This document shows, piece after piece, positions 46,241 through 55,957 of a stretch of DNA of 64,000 nt (position 1 is the stretch's first letter; each line of letters opens with the position of its first letter). The position numbers were made by a program, and so were the translations under genes. The DNA is from an uncultured Verrucomicrobiota bacterium (GTDB lineage: Bacteria > Verrucomicrobiota > Verrucomicrobiia > Limisphaerales > UBA8199). The notes under the pieces were generated by a model. It ran no database searches, was not told where the DNA came from, and was given only the letters and a program-made list of their open reading frames with translations. The DNA is taken from assembly GCA_964631605.1 (NCBI GenBank), contig CAZVYG010000010.1, forward strand, positions 22,353 to 86,352, read 5' to 3'.

Positions 46241-49233
46241 AGAACCCCGTCTGGTCCAAGGTGATTCCGAACTGCCCGGACCCGGCGCGGGCCAGGCAGA
46301 TGCTTGAATTGTTCGAGGGCACGCCGGCCGCCGAGGTGCTTGAGGCCGCCGACAAGGAACGCGCGGCGCTGCTGGCGCTTCTGTTTTGCGGGTCCCGCGC
46401 TTCCACGAACCTGTTGATCGCGCACCCGGAGTGGATGGATTCTCTCACGCCGGAAGCGCTGCGGCATCCGCGGCGCAAGTCCGGTTTCAAGCAGGAGATT
46501 GCGTCCTGGTTGCCGCGGCTGCTCGAACTGGCCGATTACAGCGGCGTTACTCGCCGTTTGCGCGAGTTCCAGCAGCGCGAGCTGGTCCGGATTGCCCTTC
46601 GCGATTTGTCCCAGGGGGGCGAGGTGCCGGAAATCATCCTCGAGATCTCCGACCTGGCGGACGTGTGTCTGGATGCCATCTGGCAAAACTGCTGGTTGCA
46701 ACTCACCCGGCGTCATGGTGTGCCGTATCATCGGGATCCGGACGGTCAATGGCGTCTGACCGCCGGCGGTGTGCTGGGTCTGGGCAAGCTGGGCGGGCAG
46801 GAGCTGAACTACAGCTCGGATGTGGACCTGATGTTTGTCTATGACGAGGAAGGCGGGGTGTTTGCGCAAAAACCGGCCCGGACCGCCCGGCCGGTCCTGA
46901 GCAATCACCAGTTCTTTACCCGCCTGGCTGAGGCCTTCGTCGCGCAGGCCAGCGGCTCGCGTCAGGGGGAGGGGCTCTACCGCATTGACCTCCGGCTGCG
47001 GCCCGAAGGCAACGGCGGTCCGCTGGCCCGCTCCCTCGCCAGCTATGAAAACTACTACGCCCAATGGGGCCAAACGTGGGAGCGCATGATGCTGATCAAG
47101 GCCCGCGGCGTGGCGGGCGACGCGGCCCTGGCTTCGGAATTCCTCGAAATGGTTCAACCGTTCCGCTATCCCCGCTCCATCCACGAAGGCGTGCTGCGCG
47201 AAGTGGCCGCGATGAAAGACCGGATTGAGCAGGAGGTGGTGAAAAGCGGCGAGCTCGAGCGCAATGTCAAGCTGGGCCGGGGCGGCATCCGGGAGGTGGA
47301 GTTCATCGTGCAATCCCTGCAGGTGCTGCATGCGGGCAAACAGCCCTTCCTCCAGGGCGGGCAGACTCTGCCCTGCCTGGCCAAGCTGGCCCAATACGAA
47401 TGGCTTTCCACGGCGGAAGCCGACGCCCTGGCCGATGCCTACTGCTTCCTGCGCAAGGTTGAGCATCGGCTCCAGATGGACGAAAACCGCCAAACCCATA
47501 CCCTCCCCGAGGACCGAACCTCCCTCGAGCGGCTGGCGCGCCTCATGCAGCTCGAGAACCGGCGGCTTTTCGAGCAGCGACGCCGCCACCACACCGACCA
47601 CGTCCGCCGCATCTTTGAACGGCTGCTCAAGGCCGAGGCCGGCCACGAGGGCGAACGCTCCCCCTTTCCCCGGCAGTTCGAAGGCGCCGAGGCCGAATGG
47701 ACCCGCCTCCTCAGCGAACACCGGTTTCGCGACGTGCCCAAGGCCCTCCGCGTCTTGCGCGAGTTCGTCGAGGGGCCGGGCTACGTGCATGTTTCCTCCC
47801 GCACGCGCGAGCTGGCTTTGGGCTTGCTGCCCCGTTTTTTCGCGCTTTGCCCGCCGCCGGACGATGCGCCCCCGGCGGCCCGAAAACGAAAGCGGTCCCC
47901 GTCGGAGCGCAACGAGGAGCGGCCGTCTGTGGACGCGCCCCTTTCGGACCCGGACCGTGTGCTGACCCGCCTGGACAGCTTCATAGCCGCTTACGGGGCG
48001 CGGGCGACGCTTTTCGAATTGTGGCATAGCAACCCGGCCATTTTCGAGCTCCTGGTCCTCCTGTTCGACCGTTCCGAGTTCCTCGCCGAACTGGCGATTC
48101 GGCAGCCGGACCTGGTGGATGAGCTGGTTACCAGCGGTCGGCTGCGTCAGCGCAAAACCGCCGCCGAGACGCTGAAAGACTTGCGTTACGGCCTGGATGA
48201 TGAGGACCAGCACCTGTGGCTGCGGCGGTACCACCCGGCCGAATTGATGCGCATCGGCCTGCGCGACATCCTCGGCCTGGCGGATTTTGAACAGTATCTG
48301 ACCGAGCTGTCGGCGCTGGCCGATGCGTGCCTCCAGTACGCCCTCGAAGTCGTCATGCGCCGCCATCAGTTGCGCCAGCCCCCTTTCGTTATCATCGGTC
48401 TCGGCAAACTCGGCGGCGCCGAAATTGATTATGGTTCCGACCTGGACATCATTTTCGTGGCAGACGACCGGACCCAAGGTCTGGACCGCTTGGGGCGGCT
48501 GGCGTTGGAAGTCATGGACCTGCTCTCGGCCCGCACGGCCCAGGGCATGCTCTTCAAAACCGACGCCCGCCTCCGCCCCGACGGCGAAAAAGGCCGGTTG
48601 GTCAACTCCCTCAAGGCGCATGAGGATTACTACCGGCACCGCGCCGGCTTGTGGGAAATCCAATCCCTCACCCGGACCCGCCCCGTTGCCGGCGACCTCA
48701 AGCTGGGTGAACGCTTCCAACAGATGGTGGCTCAACTCACGAATTTTCGCCAGCCCCCCGTCCCGCTGGCTGCCTACACCGCCGACTGGAAGCAGAAGAT
48801 ACACCAAATGCGACTGCGCATCGAAACCGAGCGCACTCCGCGCGGCAAGGACGAACTGGCGATCAAGACCGGCGCCGGCGGACTGGTGGATGCCGAATTT
48901 GTGGCCCAGGCACTGTGCCTTGAAAACGGCTGGCACGAGCCCAACACGCTGCGCGCCCTGGAACGCGGTCGCGCGGCCCGTCTCCTGCCCGACGCCGATC
49001 AGCTCATCGAAAACTATCGCCGCATCCGCCGTATCGAAGGCATCCTTCGCCGCTGGAGTTACGAAGGCGAATCCGTGTTGCCGGACGATCCTGCCCCCTA
49101 TTATCGCGTGTCGGTGCGATGTGGTTTCCCCACTCCGGAAGCCTTCCGCCAGGCCCTCGCCAACTACCGCGCTGCCGTCCGCGACGCTTACAACCGCTTC
49201 TTCCTTCCAAAAATGGAGGCTGACCCCCATTAA
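46237..49233 (+). CDS. glnE: bifunctional glutamine synthetase adenylyltransferase/adenylyl-removing enzyme
   Basis: ATGA overlap with the GT2 gene. Two nucleotidyltransferase cores, GLGKLGGQELNYSSDVDLMFVY and GLGKLGGAEIDYGSDLDIIFV, each followed by a LRPEG/LRPDG segment. Confidence 0.9.
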   Translation: MKNPVWSKVIPNCPDPARARQMLELFEGTPAAEVLEAADKERAALLALLFCGSRASTNLLIAHPEWMDSLTPEALRHPRRKSGFKQEIASWLPRLLELADYSGVTRRLREFQQRELVRIALRDLSQGGEVPEIILEISDLADVCLDAIWQNCWLQLTRRHGVPYHRDPDGQWRLTAGGVLGLGKLGGQELNYSSDVDLMFVYDEEGGVFAQKPARTARPVLSNHQFFTRLAEAFVAQASGSRQGEGLYRIDLRLRPEGNGGPLARSLASYENYYAQWGQTWERMMLIKARGVAGDAALASEFLEMVQPFRYPRSIHEGVLREVAAMKDRIEQEVVKSGELERNVKLGRGGIREVEFIVQSLQVLHAGKQPFLQGGQTLPCLAKLAQYEWLSTAEADALADAYCFLRKVEHRLQMDENRQTHTLPEDRTSLERLARLMQLENRRLFEQRRRHHTDHVRRIFERLLKAEAGHEGERSPFPRQFEGAEAEWTRLLSEHRFRDVPKALRVLREFVEGPGYVHVSSRTRELALGLLPRFFALCPPPDDAPPAARKRKRSPSERNEERPSVDAPLSDPDRVLTRLDSFIAAYGARATLFELWHSNPAIFELLVLLFDRSEFLAELAIRQPDLVDELVTSGRLRQRKTAAETLKDLRYGLDDEDQHLWLRRYHPAELMRIGLRDILGLADFEQYLTELSALADACLQYALEVVMRRHQLRQPPFVIIGLGKLGGAEIDYGSDLDIIFVADDRTQGLDRLGRLALEVMDLLSARTAQGMLFKTDARLRPDGEKGRLVNSLKAHEDYYRHRAGLWEIQSLTRTRPVAGDLKLGERFQQMVAQLTNFRQPPVPLAAYTADWKQKIHQMRLRIETERTPRGKDELAIKTGAGGLVDAEFVAQALCLENGWHEPNTLRALERGRAARLLPDADQLIENYRRIRRIEGILRRWSYEGESVLPDDPAPYYRVSVRCGFPTPEAFRQALANYRAAVRDAYNRFFLPKMEADPH

Positions 49234-49313
49234 AGCATTGACTGCCGGGCGAAGGGGGACATGATGGTTGGCGACGCTTTTGATAACCAAGCGCAACTGG
49301 AAATTAAGAAACC

Positions 49314-50399
49314 ATGATCAAATACGGCTTAAACATACCTGATACTGGCAGCCTGGATTTTGTCTCCCTCGGAGCTCTGGTCCACCGGTTGGACCCGGGA
49401 ATCGTCCCCTTCCGCAAAGCCACCGAGTGCCGCATACACGTGAGCGGTGGCGAGTTTAACTGCGCCGCCAACCTGGCGGATTGTTTCCGGCTTAACACCG
49501 GGATCGTTACGGCCATGGTGGATTACCCCATTGGCGACCTCATCGCCGAGCGGGTCAAGGCCATGGGCGTGCGGCCGTTTTACAAGCGCTTCAAGCATAA
49601 TGGCGTCAATGGCCCCAATATGGCCACGGTTTATAGCGACCAGGGATTCGGGGTGCGCGCGCCGGTGGTCTTTTACAATCGCTCGAATGAGGCCGGCGCC
49701 CAGCTCAAACCCGGTGACTTCGATTGGAAGGAGATTTTTGGCGGGGGAGTGCGCTGGTTCCACAGCGGCGGCATTTTCGCTTCGCTCTCCGAAACCACCG
49801 GCGAGCTCATTATTGAAGGCATGAAGGCCGCCAAGGCGGCGGGGGCCGTCACTTCCTTCGACCTGAACTTCCGGCAGAAGCTCTGGGACATCTGGGGCGG
49901 TCAGGCCAAAGCCCTCTCGGTGATGAAACGCATTGTCGAGCATGTGGACGTGCTGGTGGGCAACGAGGAAGACCTGCAGAAGGGCCTTGGGCTCAAAGGT
50001 CCCGATGTCGCGGCCAAATCCAAGCTCGATCCGTCGGTCTTCTTCGGCATGATTGATGAAGTCGTCCGCAATTACCCCAAGGTCAAAGTCGTGGCCACCA
50101 CGCTGCGCGAAGTGCATTCCACCAACCATCATAGTTGGAGCGCGGTGGCGTGGATTGACGGCAAGTGCTTCACCGCCCCCACCTGCGAGTTGAATGTTTA
50201 CGACCGCGTTGGCGGCGGCGACGGCTTTGCCTCCGGCCTGTTCTATGGCATGCTGACCGGTCAGGAACCCGAAGAGGCGCTTAAGCTCGGCTGGGCCCAC
50301 GGCGCGCTCTTGACCACCTTCCCCGGCGACACCACCATGGCCACGGTTGACCAGGTCAAAGCGTTCGCCAAAGGCGGCTCCGCGCGCATCCAACGTTAA
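49314..50399 (+). CDS. PfkB-family sugar kinase (2-dehydro-3-deoxygluconokinase-like)
   Basis: VSLGALVHRLDP..., GGEFNCAANLA, C-terminal DRVGGGDGFASGLFYG. Confidence 0.8.
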   Translation: MIKYGLNIPDTGSLDFVSLGALVHRLDPGIVPFRKATECRIHVSGGEFNCAANLADCFRLNTGIVTAMVDYPIGDLIAERVKAMGVRPFYKRFKHNGVNGPNMATVYSDQGFGVRAPVVFYNRSNEAGAQLKPGDFDWKEIFGGGVRWFHSGGIFASLSETTGELIIEGMKAAKAAGAVTSFDLNFRQKLWDIWGGQAKALSVMKRIVEHVDVLVGNEEDLQKGLGLKGPDVAAKSKLDPSVFFGMIDEVVRNYPKVKVVATTLREVHSTNHHSWSAVAWIDGKCFTAPTCELNVYDRVGGGDGFASGLFYGMLTGQEPEEALKLGWAHGALLTTFPGDTTMATVDQVKAFAKGGSARIQR

Positions 50400-50434
50400 C
50401 CCAAAACTCCGGAAGTCCTTAACACGACATTTTT

Positions 50435-51889
50435 ATGGAACCTCAAGGTGATATTGCTGTCATCGGCCTGGCCGTCATGGGCCAGAACCTGATCCTTAAC
50501 ATGAACGACCACAGCTTCACGGTCGTGGCCTATAACCGCACCGTCTCGAAGGTGGATGATTTCCTCAACAACGAGGCAAAAGGCACCCGGATCCTCGGCG
50601 CCCATTCGCTGCAGGAAATGGTGGCCATGCTCAAGAAACCCCGCCGGGTCATGCTCATGGTCAAAGCCGGCAAGGCGGTTGACGAGTTCATCGAGCAGCT
50701 CCTCACGGTGCTCGAGCCCGGCGACATCATTATTGACGGTGGCAACTCGCTGTTCGAGGACACCATCCGCCGCGTCAAATACGTGGAATCCAAAGGCCTG
50801 CTCTACATCGGCACCGGGGTGTCCGGCGGGGAAGAAGGGGCGCGCCACGGCCCGAGCATCATGCCCGGCGGCAGTCCGGCCGCCTGGCCGCATGTCAAAC
50901 CCATCTTCCAGGCGATCGCCGCCAAGGTCGCCGATGGCACACCCTGCTGCGATTGGGTGGGCGAAGGCGGCGCCGGTCACTACGTGAAGATGACTCACAA
51001 CGGCATCGAATACGGCGACATGCAGCTTATTTGCGAGGCTTATCACATCATGAAGGACGGCCTCGGCATGTCCGCTGACGAAATGCATGAGGTGTTCAAG
51101 GTCTGGAACGAAGGGGAACTGCAGTCTTACCTGATCGAGATCACCCGCGACATCCTTGCCAAGAAAGACGACGACGGCGCGCCGCTGGTGGACAAGATTC
51201 TCGACACCGCCGGCCAGAAAGGCACCGGCAAGTGGACCGTTATTTCGTCCCAGGAAATGGGCATTCCCATCACGTTGATTGCCGAGGCGGTCTATTCCCG
51301 CTGCGTTTCGGCGATGAAGGATTTGCGCGTCCAGGCCTCCAAGGTCTTTCCACCCGCCAATACCAGGCTGCCGGGGGATCGCCAGCGCTGGATTGACGAC
51401 ATCCGCAAGGCCCTTTACGCCTCCAAAATCATCAGCTACGCCCAGGGTTACATGCTCATGCGGGCCGCGGCCCAGCAGTATTCGTGGAACCTGAATTATG
51501 GCGGCATCGCCTTGATGTGGCGCGGAGGCTGCATCATTCGCAGCGCCTTCCTCGGCGACATCAAGAAAGCCTTTGACAAGAATCCCGAGCTGCCCAACCT
51601 GCTCTTTGATCCCTTCTTCAAGAAAGCCATCAAGAGCTGCACCCGCTCGTGGCGGAAGGTGGTCAGCGCGGCAGTCAAGAAGGGGATCCCGGTCCCGGCC
51701 TTCAGCACCGCCCTGGCCTTCTTCGATGGGTTCCGCTCGGAGCGGCTGCCGGCCAACCTGCTCCAGGCGCAACGCGACTACTTTGGCGCCCACACCTACG
51801 AGCGCGTGGACAAGCCCCGCGGCGAGTTCTTCCACACCAACTGGACGGGCACAGGCGGGCGGGTGGCTTCCAGCACGTACACCGTCTAA
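50435..51889 (+). CDS. gnd: 6-phosphogluconate dehydrogenase, decarboxylating
   Basis: DIAVIGLAVMGQNLILNM, GTGVSGGEEGARHGPSIMPGG, GAGHYVKMTHNGIEYGDMQLI. Confidence 0.95.
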   Translation: MEPQGDIAVIGLAVMGQNLILNMNDHSFTVVAYNRTVSKVDDFLNNEAKGTRILGAHSLQEMVAMLKKPRRVMLMVKAGKAVDEFIEQLLTVLEPGDIIIDGGNSLFEDTIRRVKYVESKGLLYIGTGVSGGEEGARHGPSIMPGGSPAAWPHVKPIFQAIAAKVADGTPCCDWVGEGGAGHYVKMTHNGIEYGDMQLICEAYHIMKDGLGMSADEMHEVFKVWNEGELQSYLIEITRDILAKKDDDGAPLVDKILDTAGQKGTGKWTVISSQEMGIPITLIAEAVYSRCVSAMKDLRVQASKVFPPANTRLPGDRQRWIDDIRKALYASKIISYAQGYMLMRAAAQQYSWNLNYGGIALMWRGGCIIRSAFLGDIKKAFDKNPELPNLLFDPFFKKAIKSCTRSWRKVVSAAVKKGIPVPAFSTALAFFDGFRSERLPANLLQAQRDYFGAHTYERVDKPRGEFFHTNWTGTGGRVASSTYTV

Positions 51890-52019
51890 GCGGGGCGGAG
51901 AGGCGCCTGGCAGCGCCTTGACGGGTTTGCGAGCGCCTGGCCGGGGCTTTTGTCCCGCCAGGCGCAAACAGCAAAGAACTTTCCCTGCTGCTCACCGCGG
52001 GGTATGGTGATGCATTGTT

Positions 52020-53294
52020 ATGCTCTATTTTGAACGTGGCTCCGCAACGGACAAACTGACGACCGACGACCTGCGGGCGGGTTTCGCCCAGGCGATGGCA
52101 CGTCTCGGTTCCCCGCGGCGGGTGTTGGCAATTCCTCCCGATTTCACGCGGTTTCATTCGCACTCCGGCATCCTCACGCGGATCGCCTACGATTATTTTG
52201 GCGACCGGCTGGTGGACGTGCTGCCCGCCCTGGGCACGCATTCCCCCATGTCTGCTCAGCAGATGGCCGAGATGTTCGCCGGTGTTCCATCCAATCTCTT
52301 CCGCGTTCACAACTGGCGCACCGGCGTGACCACCGTGGGCGAAGTGCCGGGCGAGTTCGTGCGTGAGGTTTCCGGCGGGGCGGTGGATTTCCCGTGGCCG
52401 GCCCAGTTGGCCAACCTGATCTGGACTGGCAAGCATGACCTGATTCTGTCCATTGGACAGGTCGTTCCGCACGAGGTCATTGGGATGGCCAATTACAACA
52501 AGAACATCTTTGTCGGCACCGGCGGCGCCGAGGGCATCAACAAAAGCCATTTCGTCGGGGCCGCCTATGGCATGGAGCGCATGATGGGGCGGGCGGACAC
52601 GCCGGTTCGGCGGATCCTCAATTACGCCGGCGAGAAGTTCACCCGCCACCTGCCGATTGTGTATGTTCACACGGTGGTCAGCCGGGATGCGGAGGGCCAG
52701 TTGCGCGTTCGCGGGCTTTTCATCGGGGATGATGCCTCCGCGTTCACCAAAGCGGCCGATTTGTCGCTCGAAGTCAATTTCGAGATGCTCGATGAGCCGC
52801 TCCACAAGGTGGTGGTTTACCTGGACCCCGCCGAGTTCAAGAGCACCTGGCTGGGCAACAAGAGCATTTACCGCACCCGCATGGCCATGGCCGACGGCGG
52901 CGAGCTTCTGGTGCTGGCGCCGGGCCTCAAGGAATTCGGCGAGGATCCCGAAATTGACCGGCTCATCCGCAAGTATGGCTATCGGGGTACTCCAGCCACG
53001 CTGGCGGCGGTTCGGGCCCAGGCGGAGTTGCGCGACAACCTCAGCGCCGCTGCCCACCTGATTCACGGCTCGAGCGAGGGCCGGTTCAACATCACCTATT
53101 GCCCCGGACACCTCTCGCGGGAGGAAATCGAGAGTGTGGGTTTTGCCTACGCCGATTTGGCCGCGCTGAGCCGGCGTTACGATCCCAAACGCCTCAAAGA
53201 CGGGTGGAACACCCTGCCGGACGGCGAGCGAATCTTTTTTATCTCAAACCCGGCCCTGGGCTTGTGGGCCTGGCGCAAACGATTTGAAAACTAA
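52020..53294 (+). CDS. LarA-like (DUF2088) domain protein, putative 2-hydroxyacid/sugar-acid racemase or epimerase
   Basis: By-eye match to recalled LarA blocks: LAIPPDFTRFHSHS (cf. SSDHTRPVPS), LPALGTHSPMSAQQM (cf. ATGFHRPSTHEEL), IGQVVPHEVIGMANYNK. Confidence 0.55.
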   Translation: MLYFERGSATDKLTTDDLRAGFAQAMARLGSPRRVLAIPPDFTRFHSHSGILTRIAYDYFGDRLVDVLPALGTHSPMSAQQMAEMFAGVPSNLFRVHNWRTGVTTVGEVPGEFVREVSGGAVDFPWPAQLANLIWTGKHDLILSIGQVVPHEVIGMANYNKNIFVGTGGAEGINKSHFVGAAYGMERMMGRADTPVRRILNYAGEKFTRHLPIVYVHTVVSRDAEGQLRVRGLFIGDDASAFTKAADLSLEVNFEMLDEPLHKVVVYLDPAEFKSTWLGNKSIYRTRMAMADGGELLVLAPGLKEFGEDPEIDRLIRKYGYRGTPATLAAVRAQAELRDNLSAAAHLIHGSSEGRFNITYCPGHLSREEIESVGFAYADLAALSRRYDPKRLKDGWNTLPDGERIFFISNPALGLWAWRKRFEN

Positions 53295-53308
53295 CCTCAT
53301 CCAAAATC

Positions 53309-54166
53309 ATGAACACACCCTTCACAGTTGACCTTAAGAACCAGGTTGCCCTCGTCACGGGCGGCGGCGGCGTTTTGTGCAGCACCATGGCCCGCGCGCT
53401 GGCGGCGTGCGGGGCCCGGGTGGCGGTGGCCGATTTGAAAGCGGAGGCGGCGGAGGCCGTGGCCGGCGCGATTCGCAAGGAAGGCGGCACGGCCATGAGT
53501 GTCGCGTGCAATGTGCTCGACCAGGCCAGTCTCAAGGCGGCCAACGAGACGGTGAAAAAAGAGCTGGGACCCGTTTCTCTCCTCATCAATGGGGCGGGCG
53601 GGAACCACCCCAAAGGCACCACCACGCTCGAATACCTGCGCAAGGAGGATGTGGCTGGGGCCGCCGAGGGCATCGTCACCTTCTACGACCTGGACCCCAA
53701 GGGAATTGAGTTTGTGTTCAATCTCAATTTCCTCGGCACGCTGCTGCCCACGCAGGCCTTCACGCGCGAAATGGCCGCCGCCGGCCGCGGAACCGTCATC
53801 AACATTTCCTCCATGAACGCGTTCCGGCCGCTCACCAAAATCCCGGCCTACAGCGGCGCCAAGGCCGCGGTCAGCAATTTTACCCAGTGGCTCGCCGTGC
53901 ACCTCTCCCGCGTCGGCATTCGGGTCAACGCCATCGCCCCCGGCTTTTTCGTGACGGAACAAAACCGGGCGCTGCTCACCAAGCCGGATGGTACCTGGAC
54001 GCCGCGCGCCAACACGATCCTCGCCCACACCCCCATGGCCCGCTTTGGAGCGCCGGAGGATTTGATCGGCGCCTTGCTCTGGCTCGCCTCGGACCAGGCG
54101 TCGGGCTTCGTTACCGGCGTGGTGGTTCCCGTGGATGGCGGGTTCGCGGCTTTTAGCGGCGTTTAG
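53309..54166 (+). CDS. short-chain dehydrogenase/reductase (sugar-acid oxidoreductase-like)
   Basis: VALVTGGGGVLCSTMARALA (TGxxxG), NGAGGN, YSGAKAAV (YxxxK). Confidence 0.85.
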   Translation: MNTPFTVDLKNQVALVTGGGGVLCSTMARALAACGARVAVADLKAEAAEAVAGAIRKEGGTAMSVACNVLDQASLKAANETVKKELGPVSLLINGAGGNHPKGTTTLEYLRKEDVAGAAEGIVTFYDLDPKGIEFVFNLNFLGTLLPTQAFTREMAAAGRGTVINISSMNAFRPLTKIPAYSGAKAAVSNFTQWLAVHLSRVGIRVNAIAPGFFVTEQNRALLTKPDGTWTPRANTILAHTPMARFGAPEDLIGALLWLASDQASGFVTGVVVPVDGGFAAFSGV

Positions 54167-54277
54167 GCTGGCAGTGTGATATTCAGCGATGCGCGGGTAA
54201 AGGGTTCATGGCCAGATTGGGGCGGCCGCTGAACCCGGAGTAAAACTTGGCAGGTGCAAATGGTCTGGATCAAAGAA

Positions 54278-55933
54278 ATGGCAACAGCGCAGCCGGTGGC
54301 CTGGGCGGTCCTCGTCCTGATGCTGGTGGCTGTGGTCGGCCTGGCGATCTCGAGCGTCAAGTTCAAGGGCGTCGGCTTGGGAATCGCGGGTGTCCTGTTC
54401 GCTGGAATCGCCGCCGGTCATGTTGGCCTGCGAATCGAGAAGGAAATCCTCGAATTCGTCCGCGAGTTCGGCCTGATTCTCTTTGTTTTCACCATCGGGC
54501 TGCAACTGGGGCCTGGTTTCTTTGCCTCACTCCGAAAGCAAGGGCTTAAACTAAACCTGCTGGCGGTCGCCGTGATATGCCTCGGCGCCCTCATCGCCGT
54601 CTCCCTGGCCTGGGTCGCGGGCTTTGATATTGTCGCCGCCCTGGGGTTGTTTTCGGGCGCCACCACCAACACGCCCTCGCTGGGCGCCACGCAGCAAACG
54701 CTGAAAATGCTCGGGGGCGAGGCCGGCGCCAAAGTCACCTTGCCGGCGCTGGCCTATGCGGTGGCCTATCCCGGCGGCGTGTTTGGAATCATCTTCGTCC
54801 TGCTGTTGATCAAGACCTTCTTCCGTGTCAACCCGGAGCAGGAGGCCGAACAATTCCGCGCCGAGCAAAAGGCAGGCATTGAGCCGTTGGAGCGCATGAA
54901 CCTCGTGGTGCAGAATCCCAACCTGGAGAATCTGCCCATCGGCGAGGTGCCGGGGCGGGAGGGCGGGGTGGTGGTCTCCCGCATCAAGCGGGCGGGAAAC
55001 ACCGAGGTTGAAACGGCGACCGAGCAGACGGTTCTCCACCAAGGGGACGTCATTCTGGCGGTCGGGACGCGCAAGGCGCTGGAAAAATTCCGCGTCGTCA
55101 TCGGCAAGGTGAGCGATTTGAACCTGGTCAAGGCTCCGGGGCGAGTGGTTTCGCGCAAGATCGTGGTGACGCAGCAGGACGTGCTGGGCAAAACCCTTGA
55201 GGAAATGGACCTGGACGACCTCTACAACGTGACGGTTACGCGCGTCACCCGCGCCGACATCGAGATGACCGCGGTGCCGGACCTCCATCTCCAGTTCGGC
55301 GATGTTCTCCAGGTTGTGGGGGAGGAAAGCGCCATCGCCAAGGTTTCGGCCGTTCTGGGCAACCGGCTCAAAGCTCTGAATGAGACGAATTTCATTCCGA
55401 TTTTCATTGGCATCGCCCTGGGGGTCCTGGTCGGTTCGCTCCCGCTGGCGGTGCCCAACATGCCCGTCCCTGTTCGGCTGGGCATCGCGGGCGGGCCGCT
55501 GCTTTTGGCCATTATTCTCAGCCGGATCGGACGGATTGGCCCGCTGGTCTGGTACATGCCCGCCAACGCCAACGTGGCCTTCCGCGAGTTGGGCATTGTC
55601 CTGTTCCTGGCCTGCGTCGGCCTCAAGGCGGGCGAGAATTTCTTCGCCACCGTTTTCACCGCCGAAGGGCTTTACTGGCTCGTGGGGGGACTGGCGATCA
55701 CGGTGATTCCCACCCTCCTGGTCGGGGTTTTCGCGCGGCTGATGCTGAAGTTGAACTTCACCGTCATCAGTGGCCTGCTTGCCGGCAGCATGACCGATCC
55801 GCCGGCGCTTGCTTTCGCCAACACCATCAGCGGCTCGGATGCCCCCTCGGTGGCCTACGCCACCGTGTATCCCCTCACCATGCTGTTGCGGATTCTATCC
55901 GTCCAGATTCTGGTTTTGATTTTCTGCCGGTAG
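54278..55933 (+). CDS. YidE/YbjL-type (AAE family) transporter with two central RCK_C/TrkA-C domains
   Basis: ATG at 54278. VKFKGVGLGIAGVLFAGIAAGHVG and FGLILFVFTIGLQLGPGF, repeated in the C-terminal half (ELGIVLFLACVGLKAGENF). Confidence 0.8.
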   Translation: MATAQPVAWAVLVLMLVAVVGLAISSVKFKGVGLGIAGVLFAGIAAGHVGLRIEKEILEFVREFGLILFVFTIGLQLGPGFFASLRKQGLKLNLLAVAVICLGALIAVSLAWVAGFDIVAALGLFSGATTNTPSLGATQQTLKMLGGEAGAKVTLPALAYAVAYPGGVFGIIFVLLLIKTFFRVNPEQEAEQFRAEQKAGIEPLERMNLVVQNPNLENLPIGEVPGREGGVVVSRIKRAGNTEVETATEQTVLHQGDVILAVGTRKALEKFRVVIGKVSDLNLVKAPGRVVSRKIVVTQQDVLGKTLEEMDLDDLYNVTVTRVTRADIEMTAVPDLHLQFGDVLQVVGEESAIAKVSAVLGNRLKALNETNFIPIFIGIALGVLVGSLPLAVPNMPVPVRLGIAGGPLLLAIILSRIGRIGPLVWYMPANANVAFRELGIVLFLACVGLKAGENFFATVFTAEGLYWLVGGLAITVIPTLLVGVFARLMLKLNFTVISGLLAGSMTDPPALAFANTISGSDAPSVAYATVYPLTMLLRILSVQILVLIFCR

Positions 55934-55957
55934 CGCGCAACCCCGCGGCCGGATCGT

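Noticed and set aside
46138-49296. Very long antisense or alternate-frame ORFs in the track. Examples: 46138-49296(-) 1052 aa, 42458-44476(-), 35138-36850(-), 15422-17023(-), 28860-30143(-), 50396-51967(-), 33870-35210(-), 56114-57700(+), 59249-60580(+), 2004-3206(+), 4669-5829(+), 9-707(+).
   Set aside because: Their translations are Arg/Pro/Gly/His-rich, low-complexity strings typical of wrong frames in GC-rich DNA. In every case the opposite strand or another frame encodes a protein with unmistakable family motifs (glnE, pepN, deoA, actF, trpB2, gnd, fabF, leuA, hom, pgm, hemA).
51933-51965. The hairpin GCGCCTGGC...GCCAGGCGC (9-bp stem) downstream of gnd as an intrinsic terminator.
   Set aside because: No T-tract follows on either strand. 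It may be a Rho-dependent or structural element, but I cannot call it a terminator from sequence alone.
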